Shown: one piece after another, positions 17,970 to 26,335 of the stretch | Layout: each line of letters begins with the position of its first letter | How positions within the stretch are numbered: position 1 is the first letter of the stretch | DNA from: Chloroflexota bacterium | GTDB lineage: Bacteria; Chloroflexota; Limnocylindria; Limnocylindrales; CSP1-4 | Direction of reading: 5' to 3' | Assembly (NCBI GenBank): GCA_034430475.1 | Contig: DAOUEA010000055.1 | Span: 18,008 to 82,007 of the forward strand | DNA: 64,000 bases | The notes under the pieces: generated by a model | Seen by the model: only the letters and a program-made list of their open reading frames with translations | What the model was told of the DNA's origin: nothing | The model's database searches: none | Translations under genes and position numbers: made by a program

Positions 17970-18263
17970 ATGCTCGAAGTAAGCGAACTCGAGGCAACGC
18001 GGCAACGATCGGCGGCGGTGGCCAGGGCCCTGGCCGATCCGAAGCGATTGTGCGTCCTGCAGTGCCTCGCGCGAGGCGAGATGTCGGTCCGGGACCTGTC
18101 CGAGAGAGTCGGCTGCCAGGTCCCGAACATGAGCCAGCATCTGGCCGTGCTTCGGAACTCGGGCCTGGTCCTGACCAGGCGCGACGGCAACACAATCTAC
18201 TACCGGCTCGCGGACACGCGGATCACGGACGCCTGCGAGCTACTCCAATCGATCTCAGGCTGA
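17970..18263 (+). CDS. ArsR/SmtB family transcriptional regulator, 4 Cys
   Basis: ALADPKRL, MSQHLAVLRNSGLV, RRDGNTIYYRL. Confidence 0.92.
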   Translation: MLEVSELEATRQRSAAVARALADPKRLCVLQCLARGEMSVRDLSERVGCQVPNMSQHLAVLRNSGLVLTRRDGNTIYYRLADTRITDACELLQSISG

Positions 18264-18304
18264 CCGCCGAGGCCGGCACGTAGCCGCAAGGCAGAAAGGA
18301 CCAG

Positions 18305-18646
18305 ATGGCCGACGTCAGAGAAGTAACGGACGAGACCTTCGAAGAGATCGTCCTCAACGCGGAGCGGCCGGTGATCGTCGACTTCTGGGCGGCCTGGTGC
18401 CAGCCGTGCCGCATGGTCGCCCCGGAGCTCGAACGCATCGCCGAGAAGTACGCCGGCGCAATCGATATCGTCAAGATGGACGTGGACGCGAACCCGGGCG
18501 TCTCCCAGGCGCTCCAGATCGCGACTCTGCCTACGATCGCCTTCTTCCGGCCCGGACTCCAACCCATGGCGGTGGTCGGAGCCCGTCCTGCGGAGCAGAT
18601 CGAAGCGGTCTTCGGCCTTTCGCAGTACGCTCCGGTCGCCAACTAG
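18305..18646 (+). CDS. trxA: Thioredoxin
   Basis: VIVDFWAAWCQPC active site; thioredoxin length; AAGGA RBS. Confidence 0.93.
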   Translation: MADVREVTDETFEEIVLNAERPVIVDFWAAWCQPCRMVAPELERIAEKYAGAIDIVKMDVDANPGVSQALQIATLPTIAFFRPGLQPMAVVGARPAEQIEAVFGLSQYAPVAN

Positions 18647-18672
18647 GCACCCACCGAATTCGAATACACCCC

Positions 18673-18735
18673 CGGGGCCTCCCCCTCGGCCCCGTATACG
18701 ACCCCGGCCTGCCCCCTCGGCCGGGGTCGTTCTTT
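18673..18735 (+). ncRNA. Twin-hairpin element with C-rich loops (6C-like RNA candidate; second hairpin is an intrinsic terminator)
   Basis: Stem 1 cggggcc/ggccccg with loop TCCCCCTC; stem 2 acgaccccggcc/ggccggggtcgt with loop TGCCCCCTC; followed by TCTTT. Confidence 0.5.
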
Positions 18736-18757
18736 GCGCCGCGAGGCAGGCAGGCGG

Positions 18758-19246
18758 TCAGCGGCCGGCGGCGGTCAGGATCGCTCTCAGCTCCGCCACG
18801 TGCTCCGCGTAGTGCTCGGTGGTGTTCTGGAGCAGCGTCTTCAGCGCGGCCTCGTCCTTGAGCCAGCGCGCCTCAGGGATCACCGTCAGGTAACCCCGCA
18901 GATCGCCCGGCAGGGACTCGAAGCGCTGTCGCACCTCGGCCATCGGCAAGGCCGCCCACTCGGCCTGGATGGCCGCATTGACTGCGTCGCCCTCCGTCTC
19001 CCAGCTACGGCCCAGCTCGCGCAGGCGCTCCATGGTTGGGCTCTCCGGGCCTACGGCCAGCTCCCGGGCGATCTCGAGCCACCACCCTATCCAGGCGCAC
19101 AGGTGGGCCATCAGGTCGCGGCCGGTCCAGTCGTGGGCACCCTCGACGGCCGCCTGCAGCTGCTCGTCCGTCAGTTCGAGCAGGGCCTCGAAGGGACGCC
19201 AGGCCTCGCGTTCCTCCTCCAGGTAGGACAGTCCGTTGGCGTACAT
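18758..19246 (-). CDS. DinB/maleylpyruvate-isomerase-N-like four-helix bundle protein
   Basis: WTGRDLMAHL, VNAAI, NTTEHYAEH; ATG 19246 after GGAGGAG. Confidence 0.75.
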   Translation of the reverse strand: MYANGLSYLEEEREAWRPFEALLELTDEQLQAAVEGAHDWTGRDLMAHLCAWIGWWLEIARELAVGPESPTMERLRELGRSWETEGDAVNAAIQAEWAALPMAEVRQRFESLPGDLRGYLTVIPEARWLKDEAALKTLLQNTTEHYAEHVAELRAILTAAGR

Positions 19247-19651
19247 GCCGCTCCTCCGAGGTAAGCCGGACGGGGGTGCTAGGTATGACCCGCCCAAATG
19301 GGTGGTGCGCCGACGCGCCTTACTTAGTGGCTGCCCCGGACACGCACGTACGGGCCATTGTAGAAGCGGGATTCCCGAGTAGGGTTGTCACTGGCCGCCG
19401 GCGACACCACTGGACGAAGAGCCAGGGCGTCGGATACGGGCCGAGGCTCTCGCAGACCGCCGTCTTTTTCGCGACCTGGAGATCGCCGAGGAGGCTGCCG
19501 GCCTCGACTACGACCCGAGCAACCATGGAGCAGCCGGCCCATCAAGGCTCTTCGGTCGGCGGCCGGGACTCATTTCTGGCGGGTGAGCGACCCGTCCGGG
19601 CATCCCGGGCGGGTCGTTTCTCCATCTCCGAGCCAGTTCGCGGCCGGCACC

Positions 19652-20392
19652 TCAGCCTCGCGGGACGCTCGTGTCCAGCCGCCGTCGCCTTGCCCGACCC
19701 CTGCGCTCCAGGTGGCTCAGCACGACTCGAGCGGCCAGCAGTAGCTCGGGGTCGCGGTTCACGGTCCGAACCAGCCACTCGAGATAGGTCGGCTCCAGGT
19801 CCGCCACGTCGCCCACGGCCAGGCCGGCGAACTTGCCGAAGCCGACGGGCGTGGCCAGGGCCTCGGCCAGGCCGGGCAGGTCGCCTTCCAGGGAGGGGCC
19901 GGCGCGGCGTTGCGTCGGGCCGCTGGGAGTCGAGGCCCGCGGCGCTTCTCGAGCCTCCACGTAGCGCGGCATAGGGGCATGGCCGGGCAGCGGGCTGCGC
20001 CGCGTCGGATGCAGGGTGGAGTTGCGAGGGTGGTACAGGGCGCTGGTGTCGATACGGGCCGTGACGGGCCGCGTACGGTGGCTCGTCGCCCGGGTGCCGT
20101 GCTCAACGGCCGGGCCCTCCGCCTGCTGGGCCTCCAGGGGCCCCAATGGGCTGGCCCCGCGCGTCCTGGCCGCCTCGTCGCGGAAGCGCCGCCGGCTGAC
20201 GAGATCCTTCAGCTCCAGGTAAGCGGCGTTGATCTCGACCATCTGCCGCGTGGCGCGCCTCTCCAGCGCCGCGTCGCCGCTCGTCAGGTCCGGGTGGTGC
20301 TGGCGCGCCAGCCGACGCCAGGCGCTCCGGATCGCGGCGGTCGTGGCGTCGAGCGGCAGCTCCAGAACGTCGAACGGGTTGCGATGCGGCAT
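19652..20392 (-). CDS. J-domain protein with a C-terminal FGKFxG...YLEW module
   Basis: NPFDVLEL...WRRLARQHHPD...INAAY; C-terminal VGFGKFAGLAVGDVADLEPTYLEWL. Confidence 0.82.
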   Translation of the reverse strand: MPHRNPFDVLELPLDATTAAIRSAWRRLARQHHPDLTSGDAALERRATRQMVEINAAYLELKDLVSRRRFRDEAARTRGASPLGPLEAQQAEGPAVEHGTRATSHRTRPVTARIDTSALYHPRNSTLHPTRRSPLPGHAPMPRYVEAREAPRASTPSGPTQRRAGPSLEGDLPGLAEALATPVGFGKFAGLAVGDVADLEPTYLEWLVRTVNRDPELLLAARVVLSHLERRGRARRRRLDTSVPRG

Positions 20393-20487
20393 CCCCTCAG
20401 TCTACCTGGACCGCCGCCGCGGCCCCCGGGACGGGCCAGTCGAGGCCGGCGCTTGACAGCCGCGCCCGGGTGGCGTCCCCTACCCTC

Positions 20488-21570
20488 ATGCTGTCGCTAT
20501 TCAGGCCTCGCAACTTCGCCTTCGCCGGGCTGGCCGCCGGCGCCCTGTCCTTCGGTCTCGCCTATCGCTTCGCCCTGCGCTACAGGGCGCGAGCCGGGCT
20601 GCCGGTCCGGAGCCCCGTCGAGGGCACACCGGCGGATCTCGGGCTCGTCTCCGAGCTTGTTTCGATACCCGGACCGCCGGGCGGACCGGACACGCTGGCA
20701 GCCTGGTGGATCCCGGCCGTCGGCGCCAGCAAGCGCGCCGTCAAGCCACACCCGGCCGTGGTTATCCTTCACGGCTGGGAGTCGAATCGCGGCCGTTCGC
20801 TGGCTCACGTCCGCTACCTGCACGCCTCCGGCTTCCACTGCCTGGCCATCGACGCCCGGGGCCACGGCGACAACCCACCGGAGGAAGTGGCCATCAGCGT
20901 GCCCGAGTTCGCGGCAGATGCCGCCGCGGCAGCGCGTTGGCTGGCCGCCCGCCCCGACGTATCGGGGGTCGGACTGATCGGCCACTCCATGGGCGGGGCC
21001 GGGGTGATCGCGGCGGCCGCGCTGGAACCGGTTGTCGGCGCCGTGGTCGCCATGTCCGCCCCGGCCGACCCGGTGCGCATGACCCGCCGAACCTTCGAGC
21101 TGGCGGAGATGCGGATCCCGGGGCCCATCGCCATGCCCCTGGCGGCCCTGACGGCGGCCGTGTTGCTGGTCGCGCGGCGGCACTCGATCGAGGACGCCAG
21201 CGCCTCCACCGCCGCCGCCCGCTACAGCGGACCGCTCTTCCTGATCCACGGCGAGGATGACCGCGCCGTACCCGTCTCCCACCTGACGCTGATCGCCGAC
21301 GCGGCCCGCAAGCAGCGCCGCCGGCCCGGCTCGGCCGAGGTCGAAACACTGGTGCTGTCCGGCTTCGGCCACCGCTGGCTCTACGAAGCCCCGGAGATGC
21401 GGCGCCGCGTGGCCTCGTTCCTGGCCCGGTCGCTGGGTGGAGCCGTCACGCCACACAAAGCCGGCGAACTGGCCGCCGCCTGCGTAGTGGAGCGGCCGGC
21501 CAACCCCAGCTTCGGCTATGGCGCTATCCCCGACCTCGCGCCCGTCGCCGACCCCACCCGCCCCCGCTAG
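20488..21570 (+). CDS. Alpha/beta hydrolase with N-terminal membrane anchor
   Basis: LHGWESNR, DARGHG, GHSMG nucleophile elbow, IHGEDD, GHRW; start 20470 or 20488. Confidence 0.85.
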   Translation: MLSLFRPRNFAFAGLAAGALSFGLAYRFALRYRARAGLPVRSPVEGTPADLGLVSELVSIPGPPGGPDTLAAWWIPAVGASKRAVKPHPAVVILHGWESNRGRSLAHVRYLHASGFHCLAIDARGHGDNPPEEVAISVPEFAADAAAAARWLAARPDVSGVGLIGHSMGGAGVIAAAALEPVVGAVVAMSAPADPVRMTRRTFELAEMRIPGPIAMPLAALTAAVLLVARRHSIEDASASTAAARYSGPLFLIHGEDDRAVPVSHLTLIADAARKQRRRPGSAEVETLVLSGFGHRWLYEAPEMRRRVASFLARSLGGAVTPHKAGELAAACVVERPANPSFGYGAIPDLAPVADPTRPR

Positions 21571-21582
21571 ACCGGAGCAGCC

Positions 21583-22143
21583 ATGAACACCTGGACCGCC
21601 ATCGACACCACGAGGGCCGTGCGCAAGTTCGCCGACCGCCCCCTGGAACCGGAGCACCTGCAGCGGATCCTCAATGCCGGGCGCCGCGCCGGCAGCTCGA
21701 AGAACCAGCAGCGCTGGGACTTCGTGGTCTGCACCGACCGGGCGCACCTCGAGCAGCTTGGGGGCCTCGGCGAGAACGCGGCACATCTGGCCGGTGCCGC
21801 CGCGGCGATCGCGCTGGTGACGCCCGACCCCGGCACAGTGGACGCCCCCCTCTCGGTCATGTGGGACCTGGGCCGGGCCGCCCAGAACATGACCCTGGCG
21901 GCCTGGGAGCTGGGGATCGGCAGCGTGCCGGCAACGATCCATCGCCAGGACATGGTCAAGGATCTGCTGGGCCTGCCGGACGGCTACTGGTGCGAGTTCA
22001 TCCTCTCGTTCGGCTATCCGGCCAACCCCGAAGCCCTCACCTGGCCGAAGCGCAAGGGGCGGAAGTCATACGAGGAGGTCGTGCACTGGGAGCGGTGGGG
22101 CGCTCAGGCGGCCTCCGGGCAGCCACCCGAGACGGAGAAGTAG
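21583..22143 (+). CDS. Nitroreductase family protein
   Basis: RAVRKF, AGSSKNQQRWDF, AAQNMTLAAWELGIGS. Confidence 0.9.
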   Translation: MNTWTAIDTTRAVRKFADRPLEPEHLQRILNAGRRAGSSKNQQRWDFVVCTDRAHLEQLGGLGENAAHLAGAAAAIALVTPDPGTVDAPLSVMWDLGRAAQNMTLAAWELGIGSVPATIHRQDMVKDLLGLPDGYWCEFILSFGYPANPEALTWPKRKGRKSYEEVVHWERWGAQAASGQPPETEK

Positions 22144-22243
22144 CGAGCCGGCCCCGGAGTACATGGGATTCGGGGCGTGCCTGGACGGCCCTACGTGCGA
22201 CGTCAACCGGCAATCATGACCTGGTAGAAGTGCGCAGTATCGC

Positions 22244-23323
22244 CTAGGTCCAGCGGAAGAAGCGGGCCGTGATGCCGAGACAGACCACGAGCCAGCCGAC
22301 AAGGATGGCCACGTCCATCGCCATCGGCGCGACCATCGTCCCGTGGACCATCTCCTGGCGCATCGCGTCGGCGAGGTAGGTCAACGGCAGCAAGCGGCCG
22401 ATGGACTGCAGGAAGCCGGGCAAGAACTCGAACTGGAAGAAGATGCCCGAGAGGAACATCATCGGGATCTGGACGAGCTGCACGACGCCGCTGGCCTGCT
22501 CTTCGGTCCGAAGGAATGCCGCAAGGGCGTAGCCCAGGGCGAGGAACGCGGCCGCTCCGAGCAGCACCAGGAAGGCAACGACCAGGATGCTGCCGAGGAT
22601 CTTGACGCCGAAGAGCGCGACGCCTATCCCGATTATCAGGACCGCGTCGATGATCGCCACCAGCAGGCGCTCGAAGACGTGGCTGACGACCAGCTGCCAG
22701 CGTGACAGGGGGGTCGCGCCCAGGCGCTTGAGGATGCCCTTCTCTCGCTGCTGAACCAGCGGGATGCAGGCGAAGACACCGAGCTGCATCAAGGCCATGG
22801 CCAGGATGCTCGGGACCAGGTAGCCGGCGGCCGTCAGAGCCTCGGACTCGAGTGTCAGGTTCGAGACGGTCAGGACCACGGGCGCACCGGCCAGGGTCAG
22901 GTTGTACTGGTTGGCAATCTCACTCGCGACCCTCTCCACGATCTGATTGACCTGGGATGCCGTGGGGTCGATGTAGAGCTGGATCGAGGCAGGGTTGTCT
23001 CCCGAGGCCTCCAGAAGCCCCTTGGGGATGACGATGACGGCCGAGACCTGCCCGTCCTTCATCGCCTGCTTCTCGTCCTCGAGGGTCCCGACCTCCAGGA
23101 CAAGCAGGCCCGAGTTCTCGAATGCCTCCTGGAGCTTGGCAGTGGCGGGGTTGTTCTCCTCGTTGACGAAGCCAACGGTGATCTTGGTCTCCCCGGAGCC
23201 GGAGAAGATGGCCCCGAAGAGGAGCACGAACATGATCGGGAACATGACTGCCCAGAAGAGGGCCGCCCGATCACGAAGCAGACTCTTGACGTTGGCGACC
23301 GTAAGGCGCCACAGGGTTCTCAT
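22244..23323 (-). CDS. ABC-2 type exporter permease
   Basis: N-terminal TM helix, extracellular domain, five further TM segments, REKGILKRLGATP, LPLTY; AGGAGG RBS. Confidence 0.9.
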   Translation of the reverse strand: MRTLWRLTVANVKSLLRDRAALFWAVMFPIMFVLLFGAIFSGSGETKITVGFVNEENNPATAKLQEAFENSGLLVLEVGTLEDEKQAMKDGQVSAVIVIPKGLLEASGDNPASIQLYIDPTASQVNQIVERVASEIANQYNLTLAGAPVVLTVSNLTLESEALTAAGYLVPSILAMALMQLGVFACIPLVQQREKGILKRLGATPLSRWQLVVSHVFERLLVAIIDAVLIIGIGVALFGVKILGSILVVAFLVLLGAAAFLALGYALAAFLRTEEQASGVVQLVQIPMMFLSGIFFQFEFLPGFLQSIGRLLPLTYLADAMRQEMVHGTMVAPMAMDVAILVGWLVVCLGITARFFRWT

Positions 23324-23333
23324 CTGTCGCCTC

Positions 23334-24263
23334 CTAGTCGCGCAGGGCTCGACCGGTCAGGTCGAGGAAGACATCTTCGAGCGTGGCCTGGCGAACGCCC
23401 AGGTTGTGCGGCTCGACCTTCAGCCGGTCGGCCATTGCCAGCAGCGCACCGATGGTGGCCGGCACGTCCTTCGAGTAGAGGACTGTCTGGCCGTCCTCCT
23501 GGGCCGCATGGGTAACCCCGCCCAGCTTGGAGAGCTGAGCCGGCGACAGGCTGGGATGGGTGTCGAAGAAGACCGCCCGCTCTTTGAAGCGCTTGCGGAT
23601 CAGTTCGTTCACCGTGCCGATCTCCAGGATGTGGCCGTGATCCATGATGGCCACCCGGTCGCACAGCTCGGCGGCCTCCTCCATGTAGTGGGTCGTGAGC
23701 ATCACCGACTTGCCGCTGCTCTGGAGATCCTTGACAAGATCCCAGATGGAGCGCCGAGCCTGCGGATCCAGGCCGGTGGTGGGCTCGTCGAGGAAGACCA
23801 GCTCCGGGTCGTTGACCAGCGACAGGGCGATGGACAGACGCTGCTGCTGGCCGCCCGAGAGGTCCATCGAACGGGCTCCGGCGCGCTCGTCCAGGTCCAC
23901 CTTGTCGATCAGCTCGCCCGTCGACAGGTGCCGGCGATAGATGCTTCCGAAGAGGTCTATCAGCTCGTGGACCGTCAGCCGCGGATAGAGCGCTACCGTC
24001 TGCAGCTGGACCCCGATGCGTTCTTTGATGGCGTCGGCGTTGCGCAGAACGTCCATGCCCAGGACCCGGACCTGCCCCGAATCCGGTTTGCGCAGTCCCT
24101 CCAGGATCTCGATGGTGGTTGTCTTGCCGGCCCCGTTGGGACCGAGCATGCCGAAGACCTCCCCGCGCCCGACCGAGAAGCTGATCCCGTCGACGGCCTG
24201 CACGTCGCCGTAGGACTTGCGCAGGTCGGACACGGAGATGACAGGCTCGCTTGTCTGAGACAT
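23334..24263 (-). CDS. ABC exporter ATP-binding protein
   Basis: [34 protein letters not shown]. Confidence 0.95.
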   Translation of the reverse strand: MSQTSEPVISVSDLRKSYGDVQAVDGISFSVGRGEVFGMLGPNGAGKTTTIEILEGLRKPDSGQVRVLGMDVLRNADAIKERIGVQLQTVALYPRLTVHELIDLFGSIYRRHLSTGELIDKVDLDERAGARSMDLSGGQQQRLSIALSLVNDPELVFLDEPTTGLDPQARRSIWDLVKDLQSSGKSVMLTTHYMEEAAELCDRVAIMDHGHILEIGTVNELIRKRFKERAVFFDTHPSLSPAQLSKLGGVTHAAQEDGQTVLYSKDVPATIGALLAMADRLKVEPHNLGVRQATLEDVFLDLTGRALRD

Positions 24264-24319
24264 GTCGACTCCCTGCTGCAGCCGGTGCCTTCTCCATCGC
24301 GCGGCTGCCTGCGTCGAGT

Positions 24320-25177
24320 CTAGCCTGCCGGTCTGAGCAACAGGTCGGCAGATTCGCCACCCAGGATCGCGAAGCCGAGGCGCTCGTAGAGGCCGACTGC
24401 CCGCGGCTTGTCCGAGTACACGCCCAGGTAGACCAGGTCAAATCCCGCCTCGAGGGACTCCGAGACCATCAGGCGCGTCAGGTAGGTGCCCAATCCCAGG
24501 CCGCGCCACGGCGGCCGCGTGCCGATCGACGACAGGTAGCTGGCGCCCTCGAAAGTGTAGCGCTGGCCCGTGGCGACGGGCTCATCCTCCACGGTGATCA
24601 CGTAGGCGTGGAAGACCGGGCGCTCCAGGGTCAGGCCGATCTCCCGCTGCAGATTGGCCCGCCGCGCCTCAGGCAGGCTGAACGCGGCTTCGATGACCCT
24701 GGCGATGGTCTCCGCCCGGGGCTGGACCTGCTCCGGCGGGGTGCAATTCCAGTGGCTGACCACGGCCCCCGGCGGCAACGGCTGCAGTGGCTCCTCCCTG
24801 GAGTCGCGCACGAGCAGCATGTCGTAGCCCCCGCCCTGGTTCACGAAGCCATTGGCCGTCAATCGGGCCACGAGATCGGGCGGCTGGCTGAGCCCCGGGA
24901 CGGCCCATACGTGGGGCCAGCGCCCCAGCGAGGTGAAGAGCTCGTTCGTCTCGCGGAGGCGGGCGTCGAACTCGGCCGACACCTCCGGCCAGCGCACGGC
25001 CACGAGGCGGTTGAAGAACGGGTCGCGCTCCATTGCCGAGTACAGCATCACCGCGTCGCCCAGGTCCCGCCAGCTGCGCCCCGGGATGGCCACCGCCCTG
25101 GCCTGGTGGATCTCCAGGAAGCGCAGAGTCTCGACCGAGAGCCCGTGCCAGGGATCGCTGCGCTGCGGCAATGCCAT
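24320..25177 (-). CDS. GNAT family N-acetyltransferase
   Basis: IGTRPPWRGLGLG acetyl-CoA motif and AVGLYERLGF. Confidence 0.85.
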   Translation of the reverse strand: MALPQRSDPWHGLSVETLRFLEIHQARAVAIPGRSWRDLGDAVMLYSAMERDPFFNRLVAVRWPEVSAEFDARLRETNELFTSLGRWPHVWAVPGLSQPPDLVARLTANGFVNQGGGYDMLLVRDSREEPLQPLPPGAVVSHWNCTPPEQVQPRAETIARVIEAAFSLPEARRANLQREIGLTLERPVFHAYVITVEDEPVATGQRYTFEGASYLSSIGTRPPWRGLGLGTYLTRLMVSESLEAGFDLVYLGVYSDKPRAVGLYERLGFAILGGESADLLLRPAG

Positions 25178-25254
25178 CGTCTCTACCCCTGTCTACGGAG
25201 GGTGGTGCCGCCGGCCCCAACCGATCCCCCGGCCAGCCCGACGGACCCAGCCTC

Positions 25255-26031
25255 CTAGGTGCCCTGGGTCTCCCAGCGCTCGAGTGCCCGTGCCCAGCGC
25301 TCAGCCGTGCGGGCCGGGCGCATGCGCTGGCGATGAGCCCGGTCCCTCTCGAGACTCTCACGGACCGGGCGCAACAGGGTCAGCCAGCCGCCGACCCGCT
25401 CCGACGACAGTTCCTGGATCGCGACCACGTCACCCACTATCCCGCTCCGCAGGCCACGCCAGACGATCCTCAGACCCTGGCCGTCGGTCTCGAGCGAGGC
25501 CTGGGTTGCCGGCCCGCCGAGCCTGGTGCCGAGCGTCAGGAAGCGCGGCCACTCGGCGACCCCTTGGGGATCCTCGAGAGCCTCGATCAGGCGGCTGACG
25601 ATCCACCACATGCCGTCCGACCCAAGGTCGATCCGTCCGCCGCCGCCATCGATGGCCTCCAGGCGGCCGTCGCCCCGCTCGTCCATGTGGAGCGCCAGCC
25701 CCGTGGGCGATCCGGGCAGCGAGAAGGACACGGGCTCGACCGGCACGGTCGGCACGGGCGCGTCGCCAGGAAACTCCACCGTCGCCCCGGAAGTGGCCCC
25801 CGCGATGGCAACCGGAGGCTCGTCCTGGCCGGAGACCCCGGTCAGCTCTCGCACCACCCGGACCAGGTCCTCGTCCGTGGGGCGCGACGTGACTCCCCGG
25901 GTCGAGCTCGGCCCGGACTCGAACAAACGGCCGTCATCGCCGCCCGGCCGGCGGGTCATGACCTTGACGGTCTGCCCTTCCACGTCGGCCTCAAGCGCCT
26001 CTCCTCCAGCGCCGGGTCCCATCCGCTCCAC
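25255..26031 (-). CDS. Hypothetical protein
   Basis: 258-aa ORF, GTG directly after AGGAGGT; no family recognised. Confidence 0.7.
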   Translation of the reverse strand: MERMGPGAGGEALEADVEGQTVKVMTRRPGGDDGRLFESGPSSTRGVTSRPTDEDLVRVVRELTGVSGQDEPPVAIAGATSGATVEFPGDAPVPTVPVEPVSFSLPGSPTGLALHMDERGDGRLEAIDGGGGRIDLGSDGMWWIVSRLIEALEDPQGVAEWPRFLTLGTRLGGPATQASLETDGQGLRIVWRGLRSGIVGDVVAIQELSSERVGGWLTLLRPVRESLERDRAHRQRMRPARTAERWARALERWETQGT

Positions 26032-26171
26032 GACACCTCCTGGTTTCGGCCACGCGAGCCTCTCCGCTCGCGCAGCCGCGTGCCCGCACAGACGCCCCCC
26101 GTTGAGCCTCCGCGGCGCACCCGGTTACCTCCGGTGGCTGCACAGCCTACATGAATCGGCGGCCTCGGGTG

Positions 26172-26210
26172 GGACTTTCGGCGCATATGGCATAGGACTT
26201 TGGGGGCATA
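26172..26210. repeat. 16-bp direct repeat in a divergent promoter region
   Basis: GGACTTTcGGcGCATA (26172-26187) and GGACTTTgGGgGCATA (26195-26210). Confidence 0.7.
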
Positions 26211-26335
26211 CGGGTTCGAAGCCACCTGGGGAGGCCGGAGTCCCGGCAGCCGCCTCCTCGGGGCAGCCGCCCCTATACTCCGTAGAACCGCCGGTCGATG
26301 CCGACCGGCGAACCGTGTTTCGAGGAGTCCCTGCC

